NCBI GenBank assembly: GCA_965223545.1
Contig: OZ245006.1
Span: 5,120,001-5,184,000, forward strand
Source: Planctomycetota bacterium
GTDB taxonomy: Bacteria > Planctomycetota > UBA1135 > UBA2386
Direction of reading: 5' to 3'
DNA: 64,000 bases
The stretch's first letter is position 1, and the number at the start of each line of letters is the position of its first letter. The position numbers and the translations under genes are program-made. Positions 1 to 11,851 of the stretch are shown piece after piece. Under the pieces are notes generated by a model. It searched no databases and had not been told where the DNA came from. It saw only the letters and a list, made by a program, of their open reading frames with translations.

Positions 1-664
1 CGTCCGGCAGGCGGTCGCGGGCTTTCGGCTTGCGCCGCAAGCCGAACACCTCGGCCTTGCCCTTGGCGTCGATGTAGCCCTTGCCGTCGCAGGCGAACGG
101 TTCGCAGGCGATGGTCTGGTTGGCCTTCAATCGGCCGGCGCCGGTGTCCGGGTAGTTGGGAATGCTGGGCGCGCAGTGGATCACGAAGCGCGCGACGCCG
201 TGCCCGGTCAGGTTGTAGACGGGGTTGAAGCCGAACTGCTTGATCGTGGCTTCGATCTGCCGGCCGATCTCGGTGATCGACACGCCCGGGCCCATGACGC
301 TGATCGCTGCCTCCAGCGCCATCTCGCTCGCCGAGACGAGCGCGGAGCCGGGCGCACCGACGTCCACCGTGGTGGCGTTGTCGGTGACGTAGCCGTCGAC
401 GTGCGTGCCGAGGTCGAGCTTGATGATGTCGTTGGGCTGGACCGTCGTCGGATCGCCGGGCGGCGAGCAGTAGTGCGCGGCGATGTTGTTGCGCGAGAGC
501 TGCGCGGGGAACGCCGGCTCGCCGCCCTCTTCGCGGATGATCTCCTCTGCACGGTTGGCGATGTCCTCCAGCCGCGCCCCGGGCCGGATCATTTGCTTGC
601 AGGTCTCGCGTGCCAGCGCCGAGATCCGGCCGGACTCCCGCAACTTGTCGAGATCGGGTTTCAC
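1..664 (-). CDS. map: Methionine aminopeptidase, type II (archaeal/eukaryotic-like); 3' end runs off the window
   Basis: Hand translation from GTG at 664 (not in ORF track): MKPDLDKLRESGRIS...AFPAQLSRNNIAAHYCSPPGD...DIIKLDLGTHVDGYVTDNATTV...NLTGHGV...IH...ACEPF. These are the M24 metal ligands with type II spacing. Confidence 0.88.
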   Translation of the reverse strand, partial: MKPDLDKLRESGRISALARETCKQMIRPGARLEDIANRAEEIIREEGGEPAFPAQLSRNNIAAHYCSPPGDPTTVQPNDIIKLDLGTHVDGYVTDNATTVDVGAPGSALVSASEMALEAAISVMGPGVSITEIGRQIEATIKQFGFNPVYNLTGHGVARFVIHCAPSIPNYPDTGAGRLKANQTIACEPFACDGKGYIDAKGKAEVFGLRRKPKARDRLPD

Positions 665-680
665 CGCGTTCTTGGCCCCG

Positions 681-1868
681 CTACTGCAGCACGCCGAGCT
701 CGCGCCCCACGGTGACGAACGCCGCGGCGGCGCGGTCGAGCTGCTCGACCTCGTGCGCGGCGCTGACCTGCACGCGGATGCGCGCCTGTCCCTTCGGCAC
801 CACCGGGAACGAAAAGCCGATGACGTAGATGCCGTGCTCGAGCAGCTTGGCCGCCATCTGATTGGCCAGCACGGCGTCGCCCAGCATGATCGGCACGATC
901 GGGTGTTCGCCGGGGATGATCTCGAAGCCGGCTTCCGTCATCGATTTGCGGAAGTGGACGGTGTTCGCGGCGAGCTTGTCGCGCAGCTGGGTCGTCGAGG
1001 ACAGCCGGTCCAGGCAGGCGATCGTCGCGCCGACGATCGCGGGCGCGACCGTGTTGCTGAACAGATACGGCCGCGATCGCTGCCGCAGCAGCTCGACGAT
1101 CTCCTTGCGGCCCGAGGTGAAGCCGCCCGATGCGCCGCCCAAGGCCTTGCCCATCGTCGAGGTGATGACGTCGATGCGGTCCTGCACCCCGTGGTACTCC
1201 GGCGTGCCGCGTCCCGTCGGCCCGAAGAATCCGGTCGCGTGGCTGTCGTCGACCATCACCAGTGCGTCGTGCTTGTCCGCCAGATCACAGATCGCCGGCA
1301 GGTTGGCGATGTGTCCATCCATGCTGAACACGCCGTCGGTGCAGATGATGCGCGAGCGCGCGTCGGCCGCGTCCGTCAGACAGCGCTCGAGCTGCTGCAT
1401 GTCGTTGTTGGCGTAGCGAAACCGCTTGGCCTTCGACAACCGCACTCCGTCGATGATCGAAGCGTGGTTGAGCGCGTCCGAGATGATCGCGTCCTCCGCG
1501 CTGGTCAACGTCTCGAACAGGCCGCCGTTGGCGTCGAAGCACGACGTGTAGAGGATCGTGTCCTCCGTGCCCAGGAACGCCGACACCTTCTGCTCCAGCT
1601 CCTTGTGCAGATCCTGGGTGCCGCAGATGAAGCGCACACTGGAGAGGCCGAGCCCATAACGGTCCAGCGCATGTTGGGCGGCTTCCATCAGCGCCGGGTC
1701 GCTGGAGAGCCCGAGGTAGTTGTTGGCGCAGAAGCAGAGGACTTCGGCGCCACCGACCTGGATCACGGCCCCCTGCGGCCCCTCCAGCACCCGCTCGACC
1801 TTGTACAGGCCGCTGGAACGGATGTCGTCGAGCTCGGCGCGGATGCGGTCGCGGACAGTCGGATACAT
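681..1868 (-). CDS. kbl: Glycine C-acetyltransferase (2-amino-3-ketobutyrate CoA ligase)
   Basis: [68 protein letters not shown]; start set at MYPTV (1868). Confidence 0.95.
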   Translation of the reverse strand: MYPTVRDRIRAELDDIRSSGLYKVERVLEGPQGAVIQVGGAEVLCFCANNYLGLSSDPALMEAAQHALDRYGLGLSSVRFICGTQDLHKELEQKVSAFLGTEDTILYTSCFDANGGLFETLTSAEDAIISDALNHASIIDGVRLSKAKRFRYANNDMQQLERCLTDAADARSRIICTDGVFSMDGHIANLPAICDLADKHDALVMVDDSHATGFFGPTGRGTPEYHGVQDRIDVITSTMGKALGGASGGFTSGRKEIVELLRQRSRPYLFSNTVAPAIVGATIACLDRLSSTTQLRDKLAANTVHFRKSMTEAGFEIIPGEHPIVPIMLGDAVLANQMAAKLLEHGIYVIGFSFPVVPKGQARIRVQVSAAHEVEQLDRAAAAFVTVGRELGVLQ

Positions 1869-2050
1869 GGATGGGCTCCTCTGGGCGGGGCTACACGGTA
1901 GGAATCCACAGCGGAGGGGCAAGTAGAAGCAGCCCTCGGTGGCCTGGCCGCTCTCGCCCCTTGGTACGGGGTCTAAAGCACCGCCGCCGGCCCAGCCGAA
2001 GGCAGGGATGGAGCGGTCCGCTTTGGTGGCGGGGCTCCTTGGATTCTCGA

Positions 2051-2476
2051 TTGACGTCTCTCCGCAGTGTCATCCTGGCCGGGCTGCTGCTCGTGGTGCT
2101 GTCGGCGTGCGCCGGGCTGCCCCCGGTGCCCGAATACGCCCCCCGGCTGGTGCGCAGCCTGCAGACCTTCGAGCTGTGGGTCGACGGACGCCAGGTCGGC
2201 GCGGTGACCCAGCTGCAGATCGAGGATCCCTCGGCGCCGCCGCCGTTCTTCCAGGTGACCAATACGCACGGCCAATGGCTGGGTCACGTCGACCACCAGG
2301 GGCGGGTCTACCAGCGCGTGCCGTTCTCGTTCGACGACGTCTTCCGCGGCGTGCACCCACTGACCGAGGGCATCGGCCTGCTGGTCGGGGCCCGCGGGCC
2401 GGTCGCCATCCGGACTCCTCGGGATGCCGGCGTCGCGCCGCGCGAGGCCGCGCTGCGGGTTTCTCTGACCCCCTGA
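2051..2476 (+). CDS. Putative small lipoprotein
   Basis: Hydrophobic stretch [10 protein letters not shown] followed by lipobox LSA-C; TTG start at 2051 inferred within ORF 1871..2476. Confidence 0.55.
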   Translation: MTSLRSVILAGLLLVVLSACAGLPPVPEYAPRLVRSLQTFELWVDGRQVGAVTQLQIEDPSAPPPFFQVTNTHGQWLGHVDHQGRVYQRVPFSFDDVFRGVHPLTEGIGLLVGARGPVAIRTPRDAGVAPREAALRVSLTP

Positions 2477-2517
2477 TCGCGCCCCGGATCGCGCCGCGGA
2501 TCGGCTAGCCTGCGTCG

Positions 2518-2991
2518 ATGAGCCAAGCCAGCCGGCCGGTTTCCGCCTCCCGCGTGGAGATGACCGAGATCGTGATGCCCAACGACACCAATCCGCTCGG
2601 CAATGTCATGGGGGGGCGGGTGATGCACTGGGTCGACGTCTGCGCTGCGGTGGCCGCCGGCCGCCACGCGCGGACGCCGGTCGTGACTGCCAGCGTCGAT
2701 CAGCTGGACTTCCACCGGCCGGTTCCGGTTGGCGGCATTCTGGTGCTGCTCGCGTCGGTCAACTACGCCGGCCGGACCTCGATGGAGGTCGGCGTCAAGG
2801 TCCTCCGCGAGGACCGCGCCAGCGGCAACCGGGACCACGTCGTCTCGGCCTACCTCACCTTCGTATCGCTCGATCCGGACACCTGCGCGCCGCGCGAAGT
2901 GCCGCGGTTGGAGCTGGAAACGGCGGAAGACGAGCGCCGCCACCGCCAGGCGGCGGCGCGGCGCGCCGCGCGCCGCGCCGCCCAGGCCTGA
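2518..2991 (+). CDS. Acyl-CoA thioesterase (hotdog fold, YciA-like)
   Basis: VMPNDTNPLGNVMGGRVMHWVD, VVTASVDQLDF, GRTSMEVGV, SAYLTFVSLD. Confidence 0.92.
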   Translation: MSQASRPVSASRVEMTEIVMPNDTNPLGNVMGGRVMHWVDVCAAVAAGRHARTPVVTASVDQLDFHRPVPVGGILVLLASVNYAGRTSMEVGVKVLREDRASGNRDHVVSAYLTFVSLDPDTCAPREVPRLELETAEDERRHRQAAARRAARRAAQA

Positions 2992-3167
2992 CGCACGAGG
3001 GGCGCAACTCGCGGGCGGGCTGCGGTTTGGCCAGCCCCTGGCCCAAGCGGCGGGCGCGGCGTTGCGCAGCGGCCGGTGATGCACCAAGATGCTGCGTCGG
3101 CCCGCACTTGCCTGGGTCGCCGCACTGCACTACAGCCACGCCAGTCTTGTCGAAAGCTTCGGCCACA

Positions 3168-3623
3168 ATGTTGGATGGGTTCTCTGAGAAGGCGGTCAAG
3201 GCCGTCGAGGAAGCCAAGGCGCTCGCCGAGCGGCTCGGCGACGAGTCGGTGGCGACGGGCCACCTGATCTACGGTCTGACGGTCGACCGTGGGGTCTGCC
3301 TGTTCCATATCTTCCAAGACCTCAACGTCGACCCGGACATGTTCTCCGAGTACGTCCAGAGCCTGCCGCGCGAGCCGGCCATGGACGGCGAAGAGCCGTT
3401 CAACCGCCACTGCCGCACCGTGTTCGAGCGGTCGCGCGAGTGCGCCGACGAATTGTCTTCCAAGCAAGTGCTGCCCGAGCACGTCGCCGTCGCCCTGATG
3501 TCGGTCAAGGCCGGGTCGTGCTACGAGACGCTGAAGGAGTTCAGCATCGACCCGGCGTACGTGCGCATGCTCATCATGGAGAGCATGGGGCTCGAGACCG
3601 AGGCCGCCCCCGACTGGTTCTGA
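3168..3623 (+). CDS. Stand-alone Clp N-terminal (Clp repeat) domain protein
   Basis: FSEKAVKAVEEAKALAERLGDESVATGHLIYGL and second repeat ...QVLPEHVAVALM; no AAA domain. Confidence 0.75.
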   Translation: MLDGFSEKAVKAVEEAKALAERLGDESVATGHLIYGLTVDRGVCLFHIFQDLNVDPDMFSEYVQSLPREPAMDGEEPFNRHCRTVFERSRECADELSSKQVLPEHVAVALMSVKAGSCYETLKEFSIDPAYVRMLIMESMGLETEAAPDWF

Positions 3624-3639
3624 TTCGGCTCGCGGCGCG

Positions 3640-5229
3640 TCAGCGCCGCACCAGCCGTTGCTCGAACAGCTGGAACAGCGTGCCGGTGGTCCAGAACAGC
3701 ATGCACCCGGCGGGGAACGGGTAGAACAGGATCGTCAGGGCGATCGGCATGAAGAACAGTGCGGCGCCGCCGCCGCCCTCGTCGCCGGCGGTCATCGAGC
3801 GCGCGGTCCACAGCTGGGCGGCGAGCATGATGATCGGCAGCAAGTTCACGTAGCTCCCCAACCACGGCAAGGTGAACCCCAGCGGCAGCAGCCGGTCGGT
3901 CAGCGTGAGATCGTCGATCCACAGGAACGACTCGCCGAGGAGGTCGTACGACGTCAACAGCAGGTTGAACAGGGCGATCAGCACCGGCAGCTGCACGAGC
4001 AGCGGAGCGCAGCCCTTGAAGTGGCTGAACGGGCTGACACCGTGCTGCTTGTAGAGCTTGAGAATCGCCTCGTCGCGCGCCTCGGAGTTCTTCTTGTGCT
4101 TCTCCTTGAGCGCGGCGACGAGCGGCTTGAGCTCCGCCATCTTGTCCTTCATCAGCAGCTGCTGGCGCTGGCCGTAGATCGACAGCGGGAGGGTGACGAT
4201 GCGGAACAGGATGGCGAACACGACGATGGCGAGACCCCAGCTGCCGAGCAGTCCGTGCAGCCAGGCGAGGATGCTCTGCAGTGCCAGGCACACGGCGGCG
4301 AGCCAGTCCCACAAGTGGTGGAACAGGACCGGCTCGAGGCTCGGGTCTTCGGCCAGGAGCTGGGCGCGGTCTTTGGGGCCCGCGTAGACGGTGTACTCGG
4401 CGACGTCTTCCGCTCCGGCTGCCAGCGTCACGCCGGGCCGGATCAGGGTCACGCTCGGGTAGTTCTCAAAGTCCTCGGCGGCGATCAGGTTGGCCACCCC
4501 GTCGGCCGGGTCTCGCCCGATCCGCGCCTGCTCGAACGGTTGTGACGCGGCGTCGCGGACCGCGACGAAGAAGAACTGGCTGTGCAGGCCGCCGCCGGCA
4601 AGGCCGGTGCCCTCCTCCGGATACGTGCTCTCGAACGGTTCCTCGCTGGCGACGCCGGCGCCGTAGATGCTGCCGTCGCGGAAGAAGAACGGCAGCATGT
4701 CGGTGACCCGTCCTTCCTCGTACAGCTCAGGCCGGCGTCCGACCGAGTAGCCGAGCCCGGGGCCGACCGTGATGCCGGGCGTCAGTGCGATCGGCGCAGT
4801 CCCGCGATTGCGCAGCGTCACGGTCATCGCCAGCGTCGACCGGTCGCCGTCGACCTGATAGCGGACCTCGACTTCCAGGCCGTCGGCGCGCTGCGGTGCG
4901 GTGAAGACGACGGTGGTGTCGCCATCGCGCCGCGCGGTATAGGTCGGCGGTTGCGCGTCGCCGTCGAGACGCAGGGACAGCATCGGCCAAGTCGCCGCTG
5001 CCGCGACTTCGGGATCGATCAGTGCGTGTTCGGCCGGCCCACCGGCCCGCGCGCCGGCAGGGTCGGCGATGGTCCAACCGACGATCCCGGCGCCACGCTC
5101 GGCGAAGTCGATCGAGAACGCTCCCGACTCGACGCGTGGACCGTTCGGTGCGGATTGGGCGCGGGGTTGTGCCTGCGCGAGGCCGCACGCAGCGATGACC
5201 AGAACTGAGGACAGCAGGCGAGCTGACAT
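3640..5229 (-). CDS. yidC: Membrane protein insertase YidC
   Basis: Periplasmic domain ending YAGPK, then SWGLAIVVFAILFRIVTLPL, LYKQHGVSP..GCAPLLVQLPV, FLWIDDL, PAGCMLFW. Confidence 0.9.
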   Translation of the reverse strand: MSARLLSSVLVIAACGLAQAQPRAQSAPNGPRVESGAFSIDFAERGAGIVGWTIADPAGARAGGPAEHALIDPEVAAAATWPMLSLRLDGDAQPPTYTARRDGDTTVVFTAPQRADGLEVEVRYQVDGDRSTLAMTVTLRNRGTAPIALTPGITVGPGLGYSVGRRPELYEEGRVTDMLPFFFRDGSIYGAGVASEEPFESTYPEEGTGLAGGGLHSQFFFVAVRDAASQPFEQARIGRDPADGVANLIAAEDFENYPSVTLIRPGVTLAAGAEDVAEYTVYAGPKDRAQLLAEDPSLEPVLFHHLWDWLAAVCLALQSILAWLHGLLGSWGLAIVVFAILFRIVTLPLSIYGQRQQLLMKDKMAELKPLVAALKEKHKKNSEARDEAILKLYKQHGVSPFSHFKGCAPLLVQLPVLIALFNLLLTSYDLLGESFLWIDDLTLTDRLLPLGFTLPWLGSYVNLLPIIMLAAQLWTARSMTAGDEGGGGAALFFMPIALTILFYPFPAGCMLFWTTGTLFQLFEQRLVRR

Positions 5230-5315
5230 GGGCCGGGAGATTACTCGCCGACTCCGAGCGTGTGGCAGGATTCGACCAGAACCCGAGCCTCGCCGCTCCG
5301 GTCTCGGGCAGCGAC

Positions 5316-7070
5316 TCAGCCGTGGTCGCGGCGCTGCTTCTCGATCTCGGTCATCCGGGCGCGCAGTGCATCCGGCGTGCTCTCCGTCGCGATGCTGGTC
5401 TTGCCGACGCTGAGGTACGCGGTGGCGACGTCGGTCTGCGGGTAGCCACCCCGCTCGATCAAGATCGGGTCGTCCTTCGGGTCGAGCATCTGCACGATCC
5501 TCGAGGGAACGTAGCCCGAGAGCGCAGCTTGTCGCAGGGCGTCGGTGGCATCGCTGGCACGGTTGCCGACCACGGTGACGATCAGCGGCGCGTAGAAGAT
5601 CAAGTCGATGGCGCGGCCGTAGCCGGCGACGTAGTAGCCGTATTCCTTGTAGTCGCTGGTGAACGCCTCGAGCGTGCGCAGTGCCTCGTCGTAGAACTCT
5701 CCACGGCGCGACAAGTAGGACAGCCGGACCAAGGCCTCGGCCATCACCGAGTTCTCCAAGATGCTGCGGTTGCGGCGCTGCATCGAGCCGCGGTAGGCGG
5801 GCTCGCGGCGGATGTCGTAGAAGCCTCCGCCCGGCGCGCGCTGGCGCTGGATCACGTTCTCGGCGATCTGTTCCGCCGGTAGCAGTAGGTCGGCGTCGCC
5901 GGTCAGCTGCGATGCGTCGATCAGCGCGCGGATCACGTGTGCCTGATCGGACAGCATGCCCGGCAGGTGGTAGGTGCCGTCCCAGTAGTGGTACACCTCG
6001 CCGTCGCGGTCGATGAGATTGCGCTGCAGGAACTCGAGCGCCTGCATCGCGTAACGGCGCAGCTCGGCACGCTCGAGAACCACCGAGGCCTTGAGCAGGT
6101 TGGACACCGCCATCGCGTTGGCGTGCGCGTAGATCGTTCGGTCGACGCTCGGCCGGTTGGCGTTTGCCCTCTCGCTCGCGGGCAAGGCGTAGTAGCCGGC
6201 ATCGGCGTCTTGGCTGCCGAAGAACGCGCCGGAGGCCTCGTCGCGCATGAACTCGATCATCCAGCGCACGGTGCCCTCGGCGACCTCGCGATAGCTGTCG
6301 TTGCCGAGCAGCTGGTGCGCCTCGAGGTAGCAGCGCATGCGCTGCACGTTGGCGTCGAGGACCTTCTCGTAGTTGGGCGTGCGCCAGTCCGGAGTCTTCG
6401 AGTAGCGGAAGAAGCCGCCGTCGATGTCGTCGTGGATCGCGCCCTCCATCATCCGGTCGAGGGTGACGGTGACCACCTGCCGCATGCGGTCGTCAGCGCG
6501 CTTGGCGATCTGCACCAGGGCGAAGTCGATGGCCTCGGGGTGCGGGAACTTCGAGCCCTCGCCCCAACCGCCGAAGCGATGATCGAAGCGCTCGTAGATC
6601 GCGTTGCAGACGTGGTCGACGATCTCCAGCGACAGCTCCCCCGTCGGCGCCGACTCGTGCGAGGCCTGCTTGTGCTGCCACATTTCGCGCACACCGGCGG
6701 CGATCTCGCCACCGTGCGCGGCGTAGTGATCCCGCACCTGCGCCAACAGCTCGGCGAGCGGGTCGGCGTCCATGTACAGCTCGTGCGCGATCAGATCGCC
6801 ATCCGGGGTGAGGAAGGCGACCGTCGGCCAGCCGCCGGCGCCGTAGCGCTCGTTGACATCAGGCCGTCGGTCGGCGTCCGCGTGCACCGCGACGAACGAG
6901 GACTGCACGAGGTCTGTGACCTTGGGGTGGGCGAACGTCGTGGTCAGCAGCTCCCGGCAGTGGGCGCACCACGAGACGGTGATCGCCAGCACGATCGGTC
7001 GGCCCTCGCGTTTGGCGATCTCGAGTGCGGTGGGGTCGAACTCCCGCCATTCCACGGTCGGTGTCGGCAT
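5316..7070 (-). CDS. Thioredoxin-domain protein YyaL/SSP411 (DUF255 plus alpha/alpha barrel)
   Basis: WCAHC, DADRRPDV..RY..GGWPT, KFPHP, DGGFFRYS...W.TPNYEK, FFGSQDAD. Confidence 0.88.
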   Translation of the reverse strand: MPTPTVEWREFDPTALEIAKREGRPIVLAITVSWCAHCRELLTTTFAHPKVTDLVQSSFVAVHADADRRPDVNERYGAGGWPTVAFLTPDGDLIAHELYMDADPLAELLAQVRDHYAAHGGEIAAGVREMWQHKQASHESAPTGELSLEIVDHVCNAIYERFDHRFGGWGEGSKFPHPEAIDFALVQIAKRADDRMRQVVTVTLDRMMEGAIHDDIDGGFFRYSKTPDWRTPNYEKVLDANVQRMRCYLEAHQLLGNDSYREVAEGTVRWMIEFMRDEASGAFFGSQDADAGYYALPASERANANRPSVDRTIYAHANAMAVSNLLKASVVLERAELRRYAMQALEFLQRNLIDRDGEVYHYWDGTYHLPGMLSDQAHVIRALIDASQLTGDADLLLPAEQIAENVIQRQRAPGGGFYDIRREPAYRGSMQRRNRSILENSVMAEALVRLSYLSRRGEFYDEALRTLEAFTSDYKEYGYYVAGYGRAIDLIFYAPLIVTVVGNRASDATDALRQAALSGYVPSRIVQMLDPKDDPILIERGGYPQTDVATAYLSVGKTSIATESTPDALRARMTEIEKQRRDHG

Positions 7071-7214
7071 TGATGTCCAGTGTTCACCGGTGCCGCGATC
7101 TGTCCAGACGCGGCGCTCCCGGCGGAGGGTGCGCTCCAGGTCACCATCGGCACGGCGGCGGGCTCCGCCTGAGAGGTCTCCCCGGTTGCGGTGGCGCGCA
7201 GGTTGGGTGATCCG

Positions 7215-7646
7215 TCAGGAGCGCACGCGGTCGGCACCGCCGTTGGCGTCCGGTTGGATCTCCCAGCCGAGGTCGGGAGCGGCGCCACCCCGGGGTTCCG
7301 CCGGCGTGAACTCGAGGCGTGGAACATCCGCCCACAGCCCCTCGAGGTCGTAGAAGGAGCGGGCTTCGGCCTGGAACATGTGGACCACGACGTCGTCGAA
7401 GTCGAGCAGGACCCAGGAGCCCTCGCCGTCCATGCCTGCGTTGTTCCGACAGAAGCGACCGTGCCGCTTCATGTTGCGCAGGACTTCGCCGGCGATTGCC
7501 CGGGCGTGACGGGCGTTGCGGGCGCTGGCGATGACGAAGTGGTCGGCGATGACCAGTGGACCGGAGACGTCGAGGATCTCGATGTCCTCCCCTTGCTTGT
7601 CGACGATGATCTGGGCGATCTCGCGCGCCAGTTCCTTGGATTCGAT
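7215..7646 (-). CDS. rsfS: Ribosome silencing factor RsfS (Iojap)
   Basis: DKQGEDIEILDV...IADHFVIAS...WVLLDFDDVVVHMF..EARSFYDLEGLW at the C-terminus of ORF 7215..8912. Start uncertain (ATC at 7646 behind AGGAG, or ATG at 7718). Confidence 0.9.
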   Translation of the reverse strand: MESKELAREIAQIIVDKQGEDIEILDVSGPLVIADHFVIASARNARHARAIAGEVLRNMKRHGRFCRNNAGMDGEGSWVLLDFDDVVVHMFQAEARSFYDLEGLWADVPRLEFTPAEPRGGAAPDLGWEIQPDANGGADRVRS

Positions 7647-7768
7647 GGTTCGTACTCCTGACGGGTGCGTCGTTGCGGGGGCGCCGAGTGGCGTCCACTC
7701 GGCTCTGGGCCCCACCATAACAGTCGGCGAAAGAGCCGTAACCTCCCCCTGATTTCTGCGTGACGGTG

Positions 7769-7798
7769 ACCGGAGGGGCCGGATCGGCCGCTCCGGTG
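7769..7798. terminator. GC-rich hairpin downstream of hppA
   Basis: ACCGGAG-G-GGCCG-GAT-CGGCC-G-CTCCGGT inverted repeat; no U-tract. Confidence 0.4.
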
Positions 7799-7834
7799 GG
7801 GGGTTGCGCGTGGCGGTCGCCGCCGCGTCCGTCC

Positions 7835-9922
<2,088 letters not shown>

Positions 9923-10022
9923 GGAAAAAACGGGGTCTTTGGTCGGCGGCTCGAGGCCGATCCGGGCGAAAAATGGACGGGGACGATAGCTGCCGCCTCC
10001 GGTCCCGACAAGCGAATGCGGA

Positions 10023-10808
10023 CTACCGTTCGGGGCCGTCGGGAGGCGGCGCAGCGGGGTCGCCGGCAGCCGGGGCGTGGCCGTCGGATCCCGCGTTTGC
10101 GGGCGGTGCTCGGTCCGGCGCGGCCGCGCCCTCGTCCGCCGGCGCCTCCCGCGGGGTCGGCTGGATCGTCGGTTCCACGTAGGTCTCCGAGCGGCGGCCC
10201 GCGATCTGTGCGTTCCGGCGGTGGGAGCGGACCCAGTACAGCAGCACCGCGAGTGCGATCGACACCACGACGGCGATCTGGATGCCGCGTTCGACCTGGG
10301 TGACGCGCTCGATCGCGTCATCGATGATGTGGCCGAAGCGGTAGCCGATCCAAATGAAGGTCGGCACCACCAGGGCGATGCCGAGCAGGTCGAGCGTCAA
10401 GAACCGGCGGTACGACATCCGCATCGTGCCCGCGGTGAAGTAAGCGACGACGCGCAGACCGGCGATGAACCGGGCGAAGAAGATCACCAAGTCCCCGCGG
10501 CGGCGGAACCAGCGGTCGAAGCGCGACAGGCGACGCTTGTTGACCAAGAGCCGCAGTGGTCGCAGGCGGAGCAGTCTCGTTCCGAAGGTCTTGCCGAGAA
10601 AGAAGGGCAGCAGGTCGCCCAGCAGGATTGCGCCAGCACTGGCGCTCATCATCCACGGCCACTCCGCCCAGCCGCGGAAGCAGACGTAGCCTGCCGCGAT
10701 CAACACCAGCTCTTCGGGCAGCGGCAGTCCGATGCTGCAGAAGAAGAAGGCGACCGCGACCCCGAGGTAGGGGTACGCGGTGAAAGCGTCGACGAGCCAG
10801 TCAAACAT
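10023..10808 (-). CDS. DedA family membrane protein
   Basis: [36 protein letters not shown]. Confidence 0.92.
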   Translation of the reverse strand: MFDWLVDAFTAYPYLGVAVAFFFCSIGLPLPEELVLIAAGYVCFRGWAEWPWMMSASAGAILLGDLLPFFLGKTFGTRLLRLRPLRLLVNKRRLSRFDRWFRRRGDLVIFFARFIAGLRVVAYFTAGTMRMSYRRFLTLDLLGIALVVPTFIWIGYRFGHIIDDAIERVTQVERGIQIAVVVSIALAVLLYWVRSHRRNAQIAGRRSETYVEPTIQPTPREAPADEGAAAPDRAPPANAGSDGHAPAAGDPAAPPPDGPER

Positions 10809-10940
10809 GGTGGCGGGGGAGCGCGGACCACCCCCTTGGCCGTGAGTCGTCGAATTCCGCAGCGGGACTTGAAGAAGTCGTCGCGCGACTCCGGCTCGGA
10901 GTCGGGTGTCGAAGTTCGCGCCACCGTGTTGCGCGCAGCA

Positions 10941-11765
10941 TCACGGCAGCAGCTCGGCGAGCAGTGGATGGGCCGCGACCTGTGCGCGCGTGACCGCCGG
11001 GTCGCCGTCCAGCCATCGAACCAGCAGATCGAGGCTCTGCGAGAGGTCCGCGATGGCGTTGGCAAGCCCCGCGCGTTCTTCGGCGGCCAAGCGGGGTTCG
11101 ACTCCGCGGAACAAGCGCGCGGCGCGCGTGGCCAGTCGCCGCGCTCGTGCCGGCTGCTCCTGGGTCAGCGCCAAGCCGATCATGCGCACCATGACGTAGC
11201 CGTGCTCGACCTCGGCATCCAGCCCCGGATCGCGCGCACGCGCGCGCTCGATCAATGCTTCCCCCAGGTGCAGCGGCGTCTGCCCGGTGCGGTCTCGAAC
11301 TGCTGCGCCAACGGTGGGCTCGTCTTCTGCGCGCATCCGCAGCAGTACCGCGGCAGCCAGCAGCAGCCGCCCGGCCTGGTCGGGGCGGCGCGCGGCGGCG
11401 TCCTCGAGCATCGCGACCGCCGTCAACAGGCGGTCGGCGGCTTCTCCGGCATCCACCGCCCGTTCGACCCCTTCGAACGCCAGGAGGTCGGCGACGTAGA
11501 CGTGGCCGTCGGTCCACTCCGGAAGGAGCTGCATGAGGCGCCGGCCACGTGCCACGGCAGCGCCGAGCTCGCCGGCGCGGCTGTGACGGGCCATCGCCGA
11601 CCACAGGGCCGGCAACACCGCGGGTCTGGCCAGCACGCGGCCCCAGTCGGTGAGGCCGGCATTGCCGAGGCCCGGGTCCGCGGGCCCCGCCGCGGACGGT
11701 GCCAGTGCCGCGGCGCCGGCGAAGGCGACGGCGGACGCGAGCAGTGGTAGTGGCCAGGGAGTCAA
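10941..11765 (-). CDS. Hypothetical helical (TPR-like) exported protein in ABC operon
   Basis: Coding-like C-terminal part of ORF 10941..13037 with an N-terminal hydrophobic segment; TTG start at 11765 inferred. Confidence 0.5.
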   Translation of the reverse strand: MTPWPLPLLASAVAFAGAAALAPSAAGPADPGLGNAGLTDWGRVLARPAVLPALWSAMARHSRAGELGAAVARGRRLMQLLPEWTDGHVYVADLLAFEGVERAVDAGEAADRLLTAVAMLEDAAARRPDQAGRLLLAAAVLLRMRAEDEPTVGAAVRDRTGQTPLHLGEALIERARARDPGLDAEVEHGYVMVRMIGLALTQEQPARARRLATRAARLFRGVEPRLAAEERAGLANAIADLSQSLDLLVRWLDGDPAVTRAQVAAHPLLAELLP

Positions 11766-11851
11766 GGTGTCGGAAGACGGCCTGTGACCATCATGCAACG
11801 GGAATCGAACGGTATTCCCAGTGATTTCCGCTCGGTGCGGCTCTCGGAATG

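Noticed and set aside
2476..2505. Short tandem GATCGCGCC(C/G)CG repeat
   Set aside because: Only about 2.5 imperfect units in GC-rich intergenic DNA; no supportable function.
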